Assembly: GCF_006345805.1 (NCBI RefSeq)
Contig: NC_043009.1
Coordinates: forward strand, 47,120,001 to 47,184,000
Origin: Octopus sinensis
Lineage: Eukaryota
Reading direction: 5' to 3'
Length of the DNA stretch: 64,000 bases
Made by a program: the position numbers and the translations under genes. The notes beneath the pieces were generated by a model. It was not told where the DNA came from. It was given only the letters and a program-made list of their open reading frames with translations, and did no database searches. This document shows, one piece after another, positions 12,670 through 25,800 of this stretch. The stretch's first letter is position 1, and each line of letters begins with the position of its first letter.

Positions 12670-12869
12670 ATCGAGCATTTCGGCAATTTTAACCAATCAA
12701 ATACGTCCATTTGGAGTCAAAACATACCGTGCTGTATGAATATGTCCTCGTTTAAGAAAGAGATTGGGTTTATTTACATTTGCGAAGAGAAAAAGATACC
12801 CTTCCCCCATCCCTAACCCTAACTCCAAATGGACGTATTTGATTGGTTAAAATTGCCGAAATGCTCGAT
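12670..12869. mobile_element. 200-bp MITE-like element with perfect 48-bp terminal inverted repeats
   Basis: atcgagcatttcggcaattttaaccaatcaaatacgtccatttggagt (12670-12717) is the exact reverse complement of 12822-12869. Flanked by ttt on both sides; truncates a SINE tail. Confidence 0.85.
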
Positions 12870-13464
12870 TTTAAAGTGGAAATATGTTACAAACTATAGA
12901 ATTCTCTCAATAAAGCCAAGAAAAAATGATGTTTTATAAACACATTCTACCAGTATACGAAGTTTAAAAGTGTTTAGTTAACTAGAAATTGTGTTGACAT
13001 ATGCCGTTCAAAAGGAAAAAATCCCTTTTTTAAATTGACCCCGAAAGGAATGAAATGCAAAGTCGACCTCGGCAGAATTTGAACTCAGAATGTAGCGACG
13101 GGTTAACGATTCTGCCAGCTCGCCACCTTCATGTAATTAATGATAATAAAAGCAAATAATTCAAGCCGTACAGTAAGAAAGTGTTAACTGAATGAAAAAA
13201 TGGGGGAATGAAAATGATGGGGGACAGAAAAGTGAGGGGTGGAGTAGTGATCGTGGTGGTGGTTGTACGGGAACACTTTCCTGTGGACACGCGAGAGTAT
13301 CTTTGTGTATTTTATTTTCGTTTTTTTTTTGGTGGGGGGGGCGCACTTTCTATTTTAATAAACAACTCTACTGAATTTAGCTGCATCCTTTGTATTCTTT
13401 TACTTTTTGTACTGTATTTATGTCATATTACAATTACAGAAACATTATTCTATACTTCAGTGTA

Positions 13465-13696
13465 GGTACGTACGTATGTATGTATGTATGTATGTATGTA
13501 TGTATGTATGTATGTATGTATGTATGTATGTATGTATGTATGTGTGTGTGTGCGTATGTATGTGTATATGTATGCATGTATGTATGTGTATATGTATGTA
13601 TGTATGTGCGTTTGTGTATATGTATGCATTTATGTATGTGCGTGTGTGTATATGTATGCATGTTTTTGTGTATGTACTTATGTACGTATATGTTTG

Positions 13697-13755
<59 letters not shown>

Positions 13756-14035
13756 ATACACACACTCACACACATATATATATATAGTTTTTGTCCGGGT
13801 ACGCCCTGCCTACCATGTCTACCCAGAGGACAAATCTATGCCATATACACACAAACATCTACACCATAAACCATGTACGTACTGCAAACTCACATATTCA
13901 CACACTCATACACATACACACACCACACACACGTATGCACGCATACACACACACTACACACGTACACACACATACATATACATGCACATACGCACACACA
14001 CTGACACACAATAGTATACAATACACACGGATACA
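13465..14035. repeat. (TATG)n, (TG)n and degenerate (CA)n microsatellites
   Basis: Directly visible. Confidence 0.95.
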
Positions 14036-14243
14036 CGTTGGTAAATAAATGGTGACACGTTGATCTAAAATCTACAGAAGCAGGCAAATTGTACCAGCTA
14101 AGCTGTATCGCCACCTTTCTCCTGACTTTACGTTAAATTAAATACGTTTTGCCAAAAATAACCGAATTACATTCAAGTATATTTTCAAGTACTTCGTGTA
14201 AATATTTCATGCAGAACACGTTAGATTATCATTGTTGCTGTGC

Positions 14244-14650
14244 AAGGCAGCGAGCTGGCAGAATCGTTAGCAAGCTGGGCGAAATGTTTAGCGATATTTT
14301 CTCTGCCACTACGTTTTGAGTTCAAATTCTGCCGAGGTCGACTTTGCCTTTCATCCTTTCGGGGTCGATTAAATAAGTACCAGTTACGCACTGGGGTCGA
14401 TATAATCGACTTAATCCGTCTGTCTGTCCTTGTTTGTCCCCTCTGTGTTTAGCCCCTTGTGAGTAGTAAAGAAATAGGTATTTCCTCTGCCGCTACGTTT
14501 TGAGTTGAAATTCCGCCGAAGTCAACTTTGCTTTTCATCCTTTCATGATCGATAAAATAGAGTACCAGTCAAGTACTGAGATGAACGGTATCGACAAACC
14601 CCTTTCAATCGAAATTGCTGGCCTTTTGCTTAAATCAGAAACCAATATTA
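14244..14650 (+). mobile_element. SINE family B, partial tandem dimer
   Basis: Same junction aaagaaataggtatttc at ~14470. Confidence 0.85.
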
Positions 14651-16693
14651 TTGAAGGCGAAGAGATGACAAAGTCGTTAGAACACCGGAAAAATGCTTTG
14701 TATTTAATAAGAACACTTAAGAAATATTTGCAGAATCGTTAAAGCATTAGAGAAGATGCCTAGAGGTACTTTTTCCGTGTTTTTACGTTCTGTCTGACTT
14801 TCATCTTTGTATAGTCGATAAAAAAGGCACCAGTCAAGTTCTGGGGGTTAACTGTATCGATCAAACTACCTCCCTCAAAATTATTGGCCTTGTGTCTAGA
14901 TCGTTGTGCCTGGTAATATCCGCCAGTTGGTGATAGGCGGTTGCAGTAAAAAATAAAGTTTAATTCTCGTTCTGAAAGGGCTCATAGAACATTCTAAAAC
15001 GTTTCAACAGGGTTATAAAAAATCCTTTGAGGGCTTCTTTTAATGCGGCCGGAGGTCATGTGTCTTTTCATAAGATAATTTTCACCCCCTTAACTTTCTG
15101 CCTTAGTGATTATTCCTGTTGCAACTAACAACGATGTTCAAATTAAATGAGATATTTCAACTCTTATCTTTCGACAATTCATTATTCTTTGAATCACATA
15201 CGTAACATGCATATAACAAATTGCACACTATGGACAGTAAATATGTTTAGTGTTATCAATAAACATAGTTAGCGCATGCATGGTTTTATTGTTAAAAGAC
15301 CCATTTTCAGCCATATCGCGTTTGATTCAGTCCCACGAAGTGAATTTGGTAATCAAAAACTGTGTGGGAACACGTCGTATGTTTTTCTTTCTCTACCTTC
15401 TCGAGTCATACCGACCCACAAGGGCCGTTTTTTTTTTTTGGTTTCATGGCGTATATTCTCCACCTGGACGGGATGCTGGTCCGTAGCAGGATTACTCATT
15501 TTTGCCAGCTGAGTGGACTGGAGCAACGTGAAATGACGTGTTTTGCTCAAGAACACAACGCGTCGACCGGTCCAGGAATCGAAACAACAATCTTACGATC
15601 ATGAGTCCAACACCCTGACCATTAAGCCACGCACCTTCACTAACCTCGTTTGTGTGTGCGTGTATGTTACCCCATCGTTTGACAACCGGCGTTGGTTTAT
15701 TTACGCCCCCTTAAATTAAGGGTTCGGCAAAAGAGACCGACAGATAAATACCAGGTTTAAAGAAAAAAAAGAATTTACTGGGGTTAATTTGTTCCACTGA
15801 ACCCTTGAATGTGATGCCCAAGCATGACCGCAGTCCAATGACTGAAACAAGTAAAAGATAGAAAATAGTTGAAGATAATTCTTTCTTTGATTAATAATTC
15901 AGCATGTCAAGGCGGTGAGCTGGCAGAATCGTTAGCACACCGGGCAAAATGCTTTATATTCAGAGTTCAAATTCCGCTAAGTTCGACTTTGCCTTTCATC
16001 CTTTCGGTGTCGATAAAATAAGTACCAGCTGAGTCCTGGAGTCGATCTAATCGACTTACTCCATCTCTCGACATTGCTGGCTTTGTGCCAAATTTTGAAA
16101 CTATTAATTATTCAACATGTTAAACGATAGCACTACAAAATATATATAAGGTATATAATATACAGGTGGACTACGATTCAATGTAAAAACAAAAAAAAAT
16201 AAATAACAAAGCCCAAATCTAGGTCATTACAAAAAGAAATTGCTGTTTGTTGTACATGGACAGTTTTTTGTTTGTCTAACCATACTTGTCAACAGTAGCC
16301 GTCAACTGTCAACTCGTTGATAAGTCATTCTGTCAAACTGCTAACCAGCAAATTGCTGTGTTTCAAATAAACGTACGACTACAATACTAATGAAACTGCT
16401 GTATAGAAAATGATATGACCGAAAGTTGTCAAACTTGATCGGTTCGTCGCTCTGAATTGCTTTATTACAACAAATTACTTGAGAGTTACTCTGGAACGAA
16501 CTGATTAAACAATATAATTGATACACGAATCAACAAATATATAGGTGCGAACGTACGCGCCCGAGTGTATGTATATATATGTATGTCCCAATGTTAGTTT
16601 TATATATATATGTATACATAAATGCAAACATACATATATGCGCACACACATTCACAGACACATATATATTCATACACATATACATACATACAT

Positions 16694-16738
<45 letters not shown>

Positions 16739-17479
16739 TACACATATATATATACAAAGATACATACATACATACATAATACACATACACACATACACAC
16801 GCATAAACTATTAGTATTATCATTGTTGCTGTTGAGGCGACGTGCTGTCAGAATAGTTGGTGCGCTGGCTCAAAAAGCTGATTCGCTTTTCTGTCGCCTC
16901 TTTCCATTCTTAGTTCAAATGTCACCTAGGTCGACTTTGCCTTTCTGGATCGATAAAATAAGTATCAGTTGAGCACCGTAGTCGATGTAATCGGCCTACC
17001 TCCTCCTTCGAAATTGCTGGTTTTGTGCCAGAATTTGAAACCATTAATATTATTATTATTGTTAAGTCTGCGAGCTGGTAGAATCGTTAGCTATGCCGAG
17101 CAAAATACTTGACGGCATTTCGTCCGTCTTTACGTTCTGAGTTCAAATTCCGCAGAGGTCAACTTTACCTTTCATCCTTCGGGGTCGGTAAAATAAGTAC
17201 CAGTTGAGTACTAAGGTCTATATAACCCGAAATTTCTGGCCTAGTGCCAAAATTTGAAACCATAATGCAGCAAATATTGCCCAGAATGTACTATTTCTGG
17301 AGTAAGAGATAAATGCAGTGATTCAATTGAAGTTACTTCACTTTACCATGCAATTAGCCAAAAGTTGCAGTAGTGTTTGTGTCTATGACAGTATTTAGAG
17401 ATTGAGAAAAGCATGAGCACCACTCAATCAATTTTCACCTCTCTTTAGCTCATATGCTAATTAAACTGTTAAGTTAGAG

Positions 17480-17698
17480 CAGTGGTTTTCAATTAGGGTT
17501 CCGCGGAACCTTAGGGTTCCACCAGTACAGTCCAGGGGTTCCGCAAGAAGTTACAAAACTGCCAAAATCGGCAGTAATTTTTAATTCTCCTGTGCAGGTA
17601 TGTGTGCATAAGACTATTAAATTATTGCACAGGGGTTCCTCGAGCCAGTGGAATGTTTCCTTGGGGTTCCGCTCCAGCAAAAATGTTGAAAAGCACTG
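17480..17698. mobile_element. hAT-superfamily MITE (219 bp)
   Basis: 13-bp TIRs cagtggttttcaa / ttgaaaagcactg (1 mismatch), perfect 8-bp TSD AGTTAGAG (17472-79, 17699-706), repeated subterminal gggttcc motifs. Confidence 0.9.
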
Positions 17699-18524
17699 AG
17701 TTAGAGGCTTGGTTAGAATGCATCACATTCAGGTTCTTTACGTTTTGAATTCAAATCTTGCCGGGATCATCTTTGTCATCCGTCTTGTTTGTGTTGGATG
17801 TGAAAGTATCCTCCCAGCGTGGTGGTTAAGCGAAAGTGTTACTGTACAAACCAAGATATCCGACAGTATCTCTTCTGGCTCCGCCTTCTCACAGTAACGC
17901 CTGCCATGGCACTGGGACCAAGCTCTACTGAACCAAGCCGGCAACCTTACTCTTGGATGACCACCAGTTACATTAGGAAGGTGGAGATTTGCATGTGTGG
18001 GCAACTGCCAGTCTTTTTCAATAAATAAAAACCTTGCCCATGCTTGCACTTGCATGTGCTAATTATATGACGCTCTTCTTTTGTGACTGAACGATTTCTA
18101 GTTATCCAGTCGCGCTACTTGCACACATTCCTATGACTCACTTTTACCACCCAATTCTATTTCTCATAATTGAATTGAGAAGTTGAGTCATAATGATTTT
18201 CTGTTTATATAATTATACAACCATAGACGCCTCCTCTATAGACGCAATAGATCTTGGTGATCCTGATCATTGATCTTCTCGAATTCCTCCGCTCAGTATC
18301 ATGTTGGCTAAGTTAAGTTCTTCCGTTGCCTCCTCACAATACGCCTTGCTGCAGTTCCATGACTTCGCCGTATCCCCGGCACGATGGATAAACAGGCTCT
18401 ATACTTTGTCAAAGAGCAGTAACCATGCGAGTAACCATACAAGGCACGGCCCTCACTAAGTGGGGTATTTTCAAAATACCCACATTATTTATAACTTGAG
18501 TCTTTACATTATTTACAATGGATG

Positions 18525-18880
18525 AAAGCGTATCTGAGTCGTAAAGAAGTTCGTTTTGTAGCCACGAGGTCTCAAGTTCGGTCTCACTCCATTCCAGTTT
18601 AGGTCAATGCATTTACCATAACCCCGGGTTGCCCAACTCTAGTGACTGAATTTGGGTGGAAGGAAACTTCACAGAATCCCGTCAGATGGAATGTACATGT
18701 AATTCAAAGGTCCAGTTTTATTACACTTGTGTTCATAACGATTCTAGCTCAGAGCTACACTAAGGGAACATGCGCCTGTGGAATACTCTGTCACTTCGCA
18801 TGCTAATTCAGAGAGTTGGTTGTTCAGTTCATCGAAGAGCTGGACAGCAGATACATCGAAATCCACATCAAAGTCCATCA
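18525..18880 (+). mobile_element. Old SINE-like repeat; second diverged copy at ~2035-2330
   Basis: Shared cccgtcagatgga...gtaatt.aaa..tccag...ttacact segment and similar downstream sequence. Confidence 0.5.
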
Positions 18881-19040
18881 TCATTTATATTCTATAATTG
18901 CGTGAAAGGCGCTGGCGTGGTTCTGTAGTTGAGAAGCTTGCTTCCCAATCATGCGGTCCTGGATTCAGTCCCACCGCGTGGTACCATGGATAAGTCTTCT
19001 ATTATAGCCCCTAGTCGACCAAAGCCTTGTGATGGACTTA

Positions 19041-19450
19041 GGTTGGCAGAAACGTTAGCACGCTGGACGAAATGCTTAGCAGTATTTCGTCTGCCGTTAC
19101 GTTCTGAGTTCAAATTCTGCCGAGGTCGACTTTGCCTTCATCCTTTCGGGGTCGATTAAATAAGTACCAGTTACGCACTGGAGTCGATATAATCGACTTA
19201 ATCCGTTTGTCTGTCCTTGTTTGTCCTCTCTGTGTTTAGCCTCCTTGTAGGTAGTAAAGAAATAGATATTTCGTCTGCCGTTACGTTGTGAGTTCAAATT
19301 CCGTCGAGGTCGACTTTGCCTTTCATCCTTTCGGGGTCGATAAATTAATCACCAGTTATGCACTGGGGTCGATGTAATCGACTAAATCCCTTTGTCTGTC
19401 CTTGTTTGTCCCCTCTATATTTAGCCCTTTGTGGGCAATAAAGAAATAAG
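19041..19450 (+). mobile_element. SINE family B, tandem dimer
   Basis: Same junction at ~19256-19275. Confidence 0.85.
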
Positions 19451-19544
19451 ACACTGAAAGAGACCTGCCACGCACACACGCATGCATGCACGCACGCACG
19501 CGCGCGCATACACACACACACACACACGTATGTATATGTTCATT

Positions 19545-19790
19545 TCCTTGTCTGGGCATCAAATGGTTGTTGTAAACGAAATCATCGTTATACAAGCAAA
19601 GTTGTTCGTTTCCAGTTTTCCGTGAAAACCATGTCTGGCCATAAGAAAATATTACCTAGTGTGGAATGATGTGAGGGTTTGAGACAGGAAGGGCATCCGG
19701 CTATAGAAAATTTGCCTCAACAAATTCCATCTGATCCATACAAGCATAAAAAGGGGGCGGCGTTAAAATGATGATGAATGATGATAAAAT
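19545..19790 (+). mobile_element. Related retroposon 3' end with ggaagggcatccggc motif and (ATG)n tail
   Basis: acaggaagggcatccggctatagaaaatttgcc...gttaaaatgatgatgaatgatgat. Confidence 0.5.
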
Positions 19791-19817
19791 TTGCGTTTGT
19801 TACATTTAAGGTGTCAG

Positions 19818-20040
19818 CATCATGATCGTAAGATTGTGGTTTCGATTCCTGGACCGGGCGACGTGTTGGTGTTCTTGAGCAAAACACTTCATTTCACCTT
19901 GCTCCAGTCCACTCAGCCGGTAAAAATGAGTAACGCTGCGATGGACTGGCGTCCCGTCCAGTTGGGGAACACCTACGCCATTGAAACCGGGAAACCGGAC
20001 CCATGAGCCTGGCTAGGCTTGAAAAGGGCGCGTTTATTTA
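19818..20040 (+). mobile_element. tRNA-derived SINE with gatggactggcgtcccgtccag core; related copies at 15445-15637 (-) and 30684-30805 (+)
   Basis: B box gtttcgattcctgg followed by ttgagcaaaacacttcatttcac..ttgctccagtccactcagc. Confidence 0.7.
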
Positions 20041-20244
20041 TTATTTTATATTTTTCTGAAGATAAAAGTACAAGTGATTCTAAACTACGTAAATATTGTT
20101 TATCAATTAAATCATTTCACTTCTGTGATTTATTTTTTTTATTTAGAAATGTTAGATTTTTAATTACAAGTTGTTATACATTTATAACACTTAATTAGAT
20201 AGTGACTGTCTCACTGTATGGAAAGGGTGTCTTCAATATAGCAG

Positions 20245-20639
20245 ACTAGCAGTATCGCCCGGCGTTGCTCGGGTTTGTTTCGACCCTTTAGAATTGGAAT
20301 TTTTGAAAAGTAAAAATTTTGCATTATGTAGCTTGTTATACTCTTTAAGTGAACATTTTTCTGGTTGAAATACATCGAAAAATGGAGACACAGCAGTCAA
20401 AAAATCGTTGAAAAATAGGAATTTTCATAGATAAAATGCACCTTTTTGATGTACATAATGTTTGGTGTTAACATGGTCCGATTTGAATTGTTTCTCCTAC
20501 GGAAGGAAGAACAAACCTTCTTCTATCATACTCTCAATTTTGGTCAACTTGGGCCGCAGGGTCTCGGAGGAGATAGTGCTAGTTGAAGGCTACCAAACCT
20601 GCCATACACAGACAACTTCAGCTTTATATAGAGAGAGAT
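20245..20639 (+). mobile_element. Non-autonomous Helitron/Helentron-like element (ACTAG...GAT ends)
   Basis: Starts actagcagtatcgcccggcgttgctcgggtttgt and ends acaacttcagctttatatagagagagat. These termini resemble Lep1/HINE-type invertebrate elements; a second copy with the same ends lies at 51960-52237. Confidence 0.6.
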
Positions 20640-22828
20640 ATGCTTTAAATTAGCAAAGGGAGATTACTTGTGATTATGTCACTGCATGTTACCATACTGT
20701 CCTCTATAGCCTACTCTGACGTTATTTATGGTCTGTAACATATTTCTAACCTTGTGTTGTCATAGTGATTGCTAGCAACATTCTGTTGCTATAGTTCCGT
20801 ATGCAGAGCACATGTCATGATTAGAGTTGCGGATGATTTTCACTGTCATCACATCTGTATCTTATTATCTTTTACTTGTTTCAGTCATTGGACTGCGGCC
20901 ATGCTGGGACACTGCCTTGAAGTATTTTAGTCGAAGAAATCGGCTCTAGTACTTACGTTTTGATATTTATTATTATTTTTTTATGTAAGTCTGGTATTTA
21001 TTTTATCGGTCCTTTTTTGCTAAACTGCTAATTTACAGTGCTTCCCAACCATGTGTTTCCGAGTTCAGTCCCTCTGCGTGTCACCTTGGGCAAGTGTTTT
21101 CTACTATAGCCTCGGGCCGACCAAAGGCTTGTGAATGGATTTGATAAACGGAACTGAAAGAAGTCCAGTATATATATTATAATATATAATATATATATAC
21201 ATATATATGTATGTGGTGTATGTATGTGTGTATATATATGGATATATGTATATATTATATGTAGAAAATAACAAACTGGGACAGAACGTAAAACATTTAG
21301 AAACGATACCAAAAACACGGACGGGACTTTCGAAGCCTTCAATCTTCAGTCAAGAACCGGATCATCCTAGCAATTTCGTTTGGTACATACATACATACAA
21401 TACACAACCACACACACACACCACACACACCCACCACACACCACAGCACACCACACATATTATATATATACATGCATATAGCTTCGTGTGTGGTGTCCCT
21501 TTATATCCCCTATTGTGGGTCGACAAATACATTTCTATAAATAGATACCAAGTTAGAATATATATTGAGGTGGGTAGCATCACTATACACTTTCAGGTGG
21601 TGCCCCAGGGTGTCCACATTCCAGTTACTGAAATCAGTAAACAATATATGGAATAATTTTTTAATATGAAGTCAGTTAAATCGATAAGGTGAAACTTGCA
21701 CCGAGCACTTTATAGTTATCTCCCTTTATACAATTTTCAAAGAAATTATAGCAAGAAGACGAAAAAGCAATTTTTTTCCTCATGGTCGGTGATGTGGTCC
21801 TTGAAATGGGCCGAGTCAACATCGATGATATCAATTATACAATAGATGTTTTTTGTAACGGTGTACATTTTAAAGAATAAGAGTGAAAATATATATAAAT
21901 ATTATCTATTGGTCATTAGACAATGGCCAGGCTGGGATACTGCCTTCAAGTTGTTTTCATATTTATCTTTCTAGTCGGTTAACGTGACCTTTGTAATTTA
22001 TGTTGATCGAATCGCAAGATTTGTTTTAATTTTCCCCTTTACATATGAAGGGACGTAACTCGACAGATTTACCAAAAAAGACAAGGCGCTTTTAAGTTGC
22101 CGTCTCAGATAAATTGCCACACACTATAAACCTCGTGAGTGCAGCTGGATAGGTTTGTGTTCGTGAGTGTATGAGTGTACGTGTGTGTGCATGAGTGTGT
22201 GTGCGCGAGCCTGATAGCAACTATGTAAATGTCTATACATGTATATAAGCGTATGGATGCATGCATGTATGTGTGTACAATTCTGTGTGTATACAGTTCT
22301 GTTGTGTGTGTGTATACATTCTGTAGTTATACACCCATTGCATACTACATTGTATATACCATAGGACACACTACACTCTACATCATAAAGAAAGGATATG
22401 CGGTCGCTAAAAATAGCAGTCAAATCTCCTTCACATCCCAGCTCACCGCCTTAAACACAGCACAGAAACGTTGGTACGATAATGACCCCGAAATACTGTA
22501 AAATGAGACAAACACGGCTGGAACGTCTTTGATCCTAGGTCTGCTCGATCACGTATGACCTAGGGTTAAGCGACATCAAGGAATCAATATTTGAACATAT
22601 TGTGTCTTAGATGAATAAATGAACAATTCATTGAAGCTTTGATATTCTTGGAACCATTCCAACTACTTCATTGCAGTATAATACGGTACATTCCACCCCA
22701 TTCCTCTACACTACATTAAGCGACACTATACTACAGTGGTTTTCAACCTGCCTACATCTGACCCTTGCGGGTCCATATACGATTTCGTAGTTAAATGTTA
22801 TGTGCAATAAATTAGTTATACTCCAGCA

Positions 22829-23420
22829 AGGCGCAGGAGTGGCTGTGTGGTAAGTAGCTTGCTTACCAACCACATGGTTCCGGGTTCAGTCCCACTGCGT
22901 GGCACTTTGGGCAAGTGTCTTCTACTATAGCCTCGGGCCGACCAAAACCTTGTGAGTGGATTTGGTAGACGAAACTGTATAAGTATAAGTATAATGTTAA
23001 TATATATATATATATATTATATATATATAATATAATCAATATAGGGTGGCAAAAAAATTTTGTAGATTCTTTTTGCCACCAGCGGCCCTAGTGGGAAAAA
23101 ATTAATAGCCATAGACCATTTTAAGTCAACATCAACAATCAAGGAACGGCCATGATAGGCCAATCATGGCCGTTCTTGATTATTATATATATATTATATA
23201 TATATATGTGTGTGGTGTGTGTGTTGTGTGTGTTTTGTCCCCCCAACATCGCTTGACAACCGATGCTGGTGTGTTTACGTCGTCCCTGTAACTTAGCGGC
23301 AAAAGAGACCGATAGAATAAGTACTAGGCTTACAAAGAATAATTTCTGGGGTCGATTTGATCGACTAAAGGCTGTGCTTCAGCATGGCCGCAGTCAAATG
23401 ACTGAAACAAGTAAAAGAGT
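22829..23420 (+). mobile_element. SINE family A with a double-hairpin insertion in its microsatellite
   Basis: Full head at 22829, tail gtaaaagagt at 23420, extra segment ~23040-23185. Confidence 0.85.
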
Positions 23421-23432
23421 AATCCGTATATA

Positions 23433-23628
23433 CAGGATGACCCAAAAGTAGGCTTACAATTATCACGTAGGCACTTTAAATTTCTTTTAAAACATTTTAT
23501 TACATTTAAATTTCTATCTCACAATTAATTAAATTATCATAGAATAATGATTTCATATTTTTTTATAATTAAAATCTAAACTGTTAATATATGAGTGCGA
23601 AAGAGAAACCTACTTTTGGGCTACCATG
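23433..23628. mobile_element. Tc1/mariner-type MITE (196 bp)
   Basis: Imperfect TIRs caggatgacccaaaagtagg / cctacttttgggctaccatg with TA on both sides. Confidence 0.7.
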
Positions 23629-23639
23629 TACATATATAT

Positions 23640-23945
23640 TTGTTGTTTGTTCCTTCTCGAGTCACGCCTGCTCATAAGGGCCGGTTTCCCGGTTTCCTTG
23701 GCGTATAGGTTCCCCCTGGATGGGACGCCGGTCCGTCGCGGTGAGCTGCAAGATGCAGAGGAAAGGAGTGAGTGAAAGTTGGTGGCGAAGAGAGTCCAGC
23801 AGAAGTTCGCCATTACCTTCTGCCGGGAGCCGCGTGAAGCTTAGGTGTTTCGCTCATAAATCACACACATCGCCCGGTCAGAGATTCGAACCTGCTATCC
23901 CTCGACCGCGAGTCCGTTGCTCTAATCACCAGGCCATGTGCCTCC
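23640..23945 (-). mobile_element. SINE family C-related copy
   Basis: ccggtcagagattcgaacctgctatccctcgaccgcgagtccgttgctctaatcaccaggccat on the + strand is a reverse-complement tRNA-like head. Confidence 0.7.
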
Positions 23946-24252
23946 ACGCATATATATTTACTTGTTTCTATCACTAGATTGCGGTCATGCTGGAGGCACC
24001 ACCATGAAGAATTTTTAGTTGAATGAATCGAACCCAGTACTTTTTTTTAAAGCCTGGTCTTATTCTACCGGTCTCGTTTGCTGAACCGCTAGTTTACGGG
24101 GCGTAAAATAAACCAACATCGATTTTTAAGCGGGGTGGTGGGTCAAAGACACAAAGACACACACATCTGTGTTGCGGTGTTGAGCACTCATTTTCATCGT
24201 TCAACATTTACGTATACATACATACACATACATACTTCCTTCCTTTTCCTAT

Positions 24253-24287
24253 GTTTCTGACGAAAAGCTCCGCTCGAAACGTTAAAC
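24253..24287 (+). ncRNA. Minimal type I hammerhead motif, unit 1 of a tandem pair
   Basis: GUUU-CUGACGA-A-AAGC-UCC-GCUC-GAAA-CGU-U-AAAC. One stem II mismatch; GUU site after 24283. Confidence 0.6.
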
Positions 24288-24465
24288 CCTCCTTCTTCCC
24301 TTCCTTCCTGAGCGTCCAATAATACTATATTTGTTCCACGTCCTCGCGTTGTTGTGTTTTCTCATTGTGTTTTTATGTTTGGATTAACTATATATATATT
24401 ATATATATATATATATTGAATCGTTGGCGATTTTCTTCCTCCGTCTTCCTTTCTATTGGACTTCT

Positions 24466-24500
24466 GTTACTGAAGAAGAGCGTTGCTCGAAACGTCAAAC
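24466..24500 (+). ncRNA. Minimal type I hammerhead motif, unit 2 of a tandem pair
   Basis: GUUA-CUGAAGA-A-GAGC-GUU-GCUC-GAAA-CGU-C-AAAC. GUC site after 24496; A.A mismatch at the first stem I pair. Confidence 0.65.
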
Positions 24501-25124
24501 CATCTTTCTTTCCTTCCCTGAGCGTCTGCTAATGCTTTACATGTACCACGCCCTCGCGTTGTTGTTTTTTGTGTTTGTTTTTTTTATATACTATATGTAC
24601 ATATATATATATATATACACCACCACCACCACCACTAGACTCCACTCAACACTACACTACTTTACCCTACTTACTACACTCCAATACACTTCTCAACACT
24701 GCACATCACTATACTCCGCAGCTCAGGTCCGCAAGAGAGCCTCGGTTTCGTTACTCGATCAATTTAAAAAGTAGCAACCAGATAATCCACCTCAGATAAT
24801 GTTACTCTTTAAAACTGAAAATGTAGTCTCTGGTATACAAAGAAAAAAAAAAACCAAAAAAAAAACAAAAATAATAAATGTCAGGATGGTCACAATTGGA
24901 TACCTTTCAATCGTAGTTCTGCGCGACCAAAGGTGAACTCGTGCAAAACGACTGTAAAAGCATCAACAACGCTACCCATAAAAATACTCATTACATTTCG
25001 ACATTATTACTTTATTACTTTATTATGCGCATACAATTTCACACACGCGCGCACTCTCTCACTCGCTAAAATACGCAAGTTATGCACACGCGCATATATT
25101 CACGAGCTTTAAGCACATTGCATT

Positions 25125-25417
25125 TCTCCTTTCTTTCTTTCTTCTTTCTTTCTTTCTTTCTTTCTTTCTCTCTCTCTCTCTTCTTTCTTTTTCTCTTTCT
25201 CTCTCTTTCTTTTTCTCTTTCGTTATCTTTCCCTTTTTCACCCTGCCTGTGTTTTCCTCTATCTCCTTCGTTCCGTCTGTTGCCCTTTCTGTCTGTCTAC
25301 CGGTATCTGTCATTTGTGTGTGTGTGTGTGTGTCTCTCTCTCTCTCTCTCACTCTCTCTCTCTCTGCATAACTCCCTTCCCATTCTCTCTGTCTCTGTCT
25401 CTTTTTCTTAGTCTTTC

Positions 25418-25453
<36 letters not shown>

Positions 25454-25545
25454 TCCTTGTTTGTCTGTCTGTCTCTGTCTCTGTCTCAATCTCTGTCTCC
25501 CTCTCTGTCTGCCTGCCTGCCTGTCTCTCTCTCTGTCTGTCTGTC

Positions 25546-25585
<40 letters not shown>
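25125..25585. repeat. ~460-bp polypyrimidine tract (CT, CTTT, CTGT repeats)
   Basis: Directly visible. Confidence 0.95.
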
Positions 25586-25586
<1 letters not shown>

Positions 25587-25699
25587 AGCGTATATACATC
25601 ATGATACAATTAACAAGAACAACCGATTCTACTGAAATATAACCTCAAAAACGACAATAAAAGAACCGATGACGACAACAACTAGAATAAGTATAGCAT

Positions 25700-25769
25700 T
25701 TACACCACCACCACCACAACCACAACCACAACCACCACCACAACCACCACCACAACCACCACCACAACC

Positions 25770-25800
<31 letters not shown>

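Noticed and set aside
12311-19450. Regularly recurring ~30-40-bp conserved motifs suggestive of a CRISPR-like array
   Set aside because: The intervening sequence is also repeated (SINE bodies), there are no unique spacers or cas genes, and the DNA is eukaryotic.
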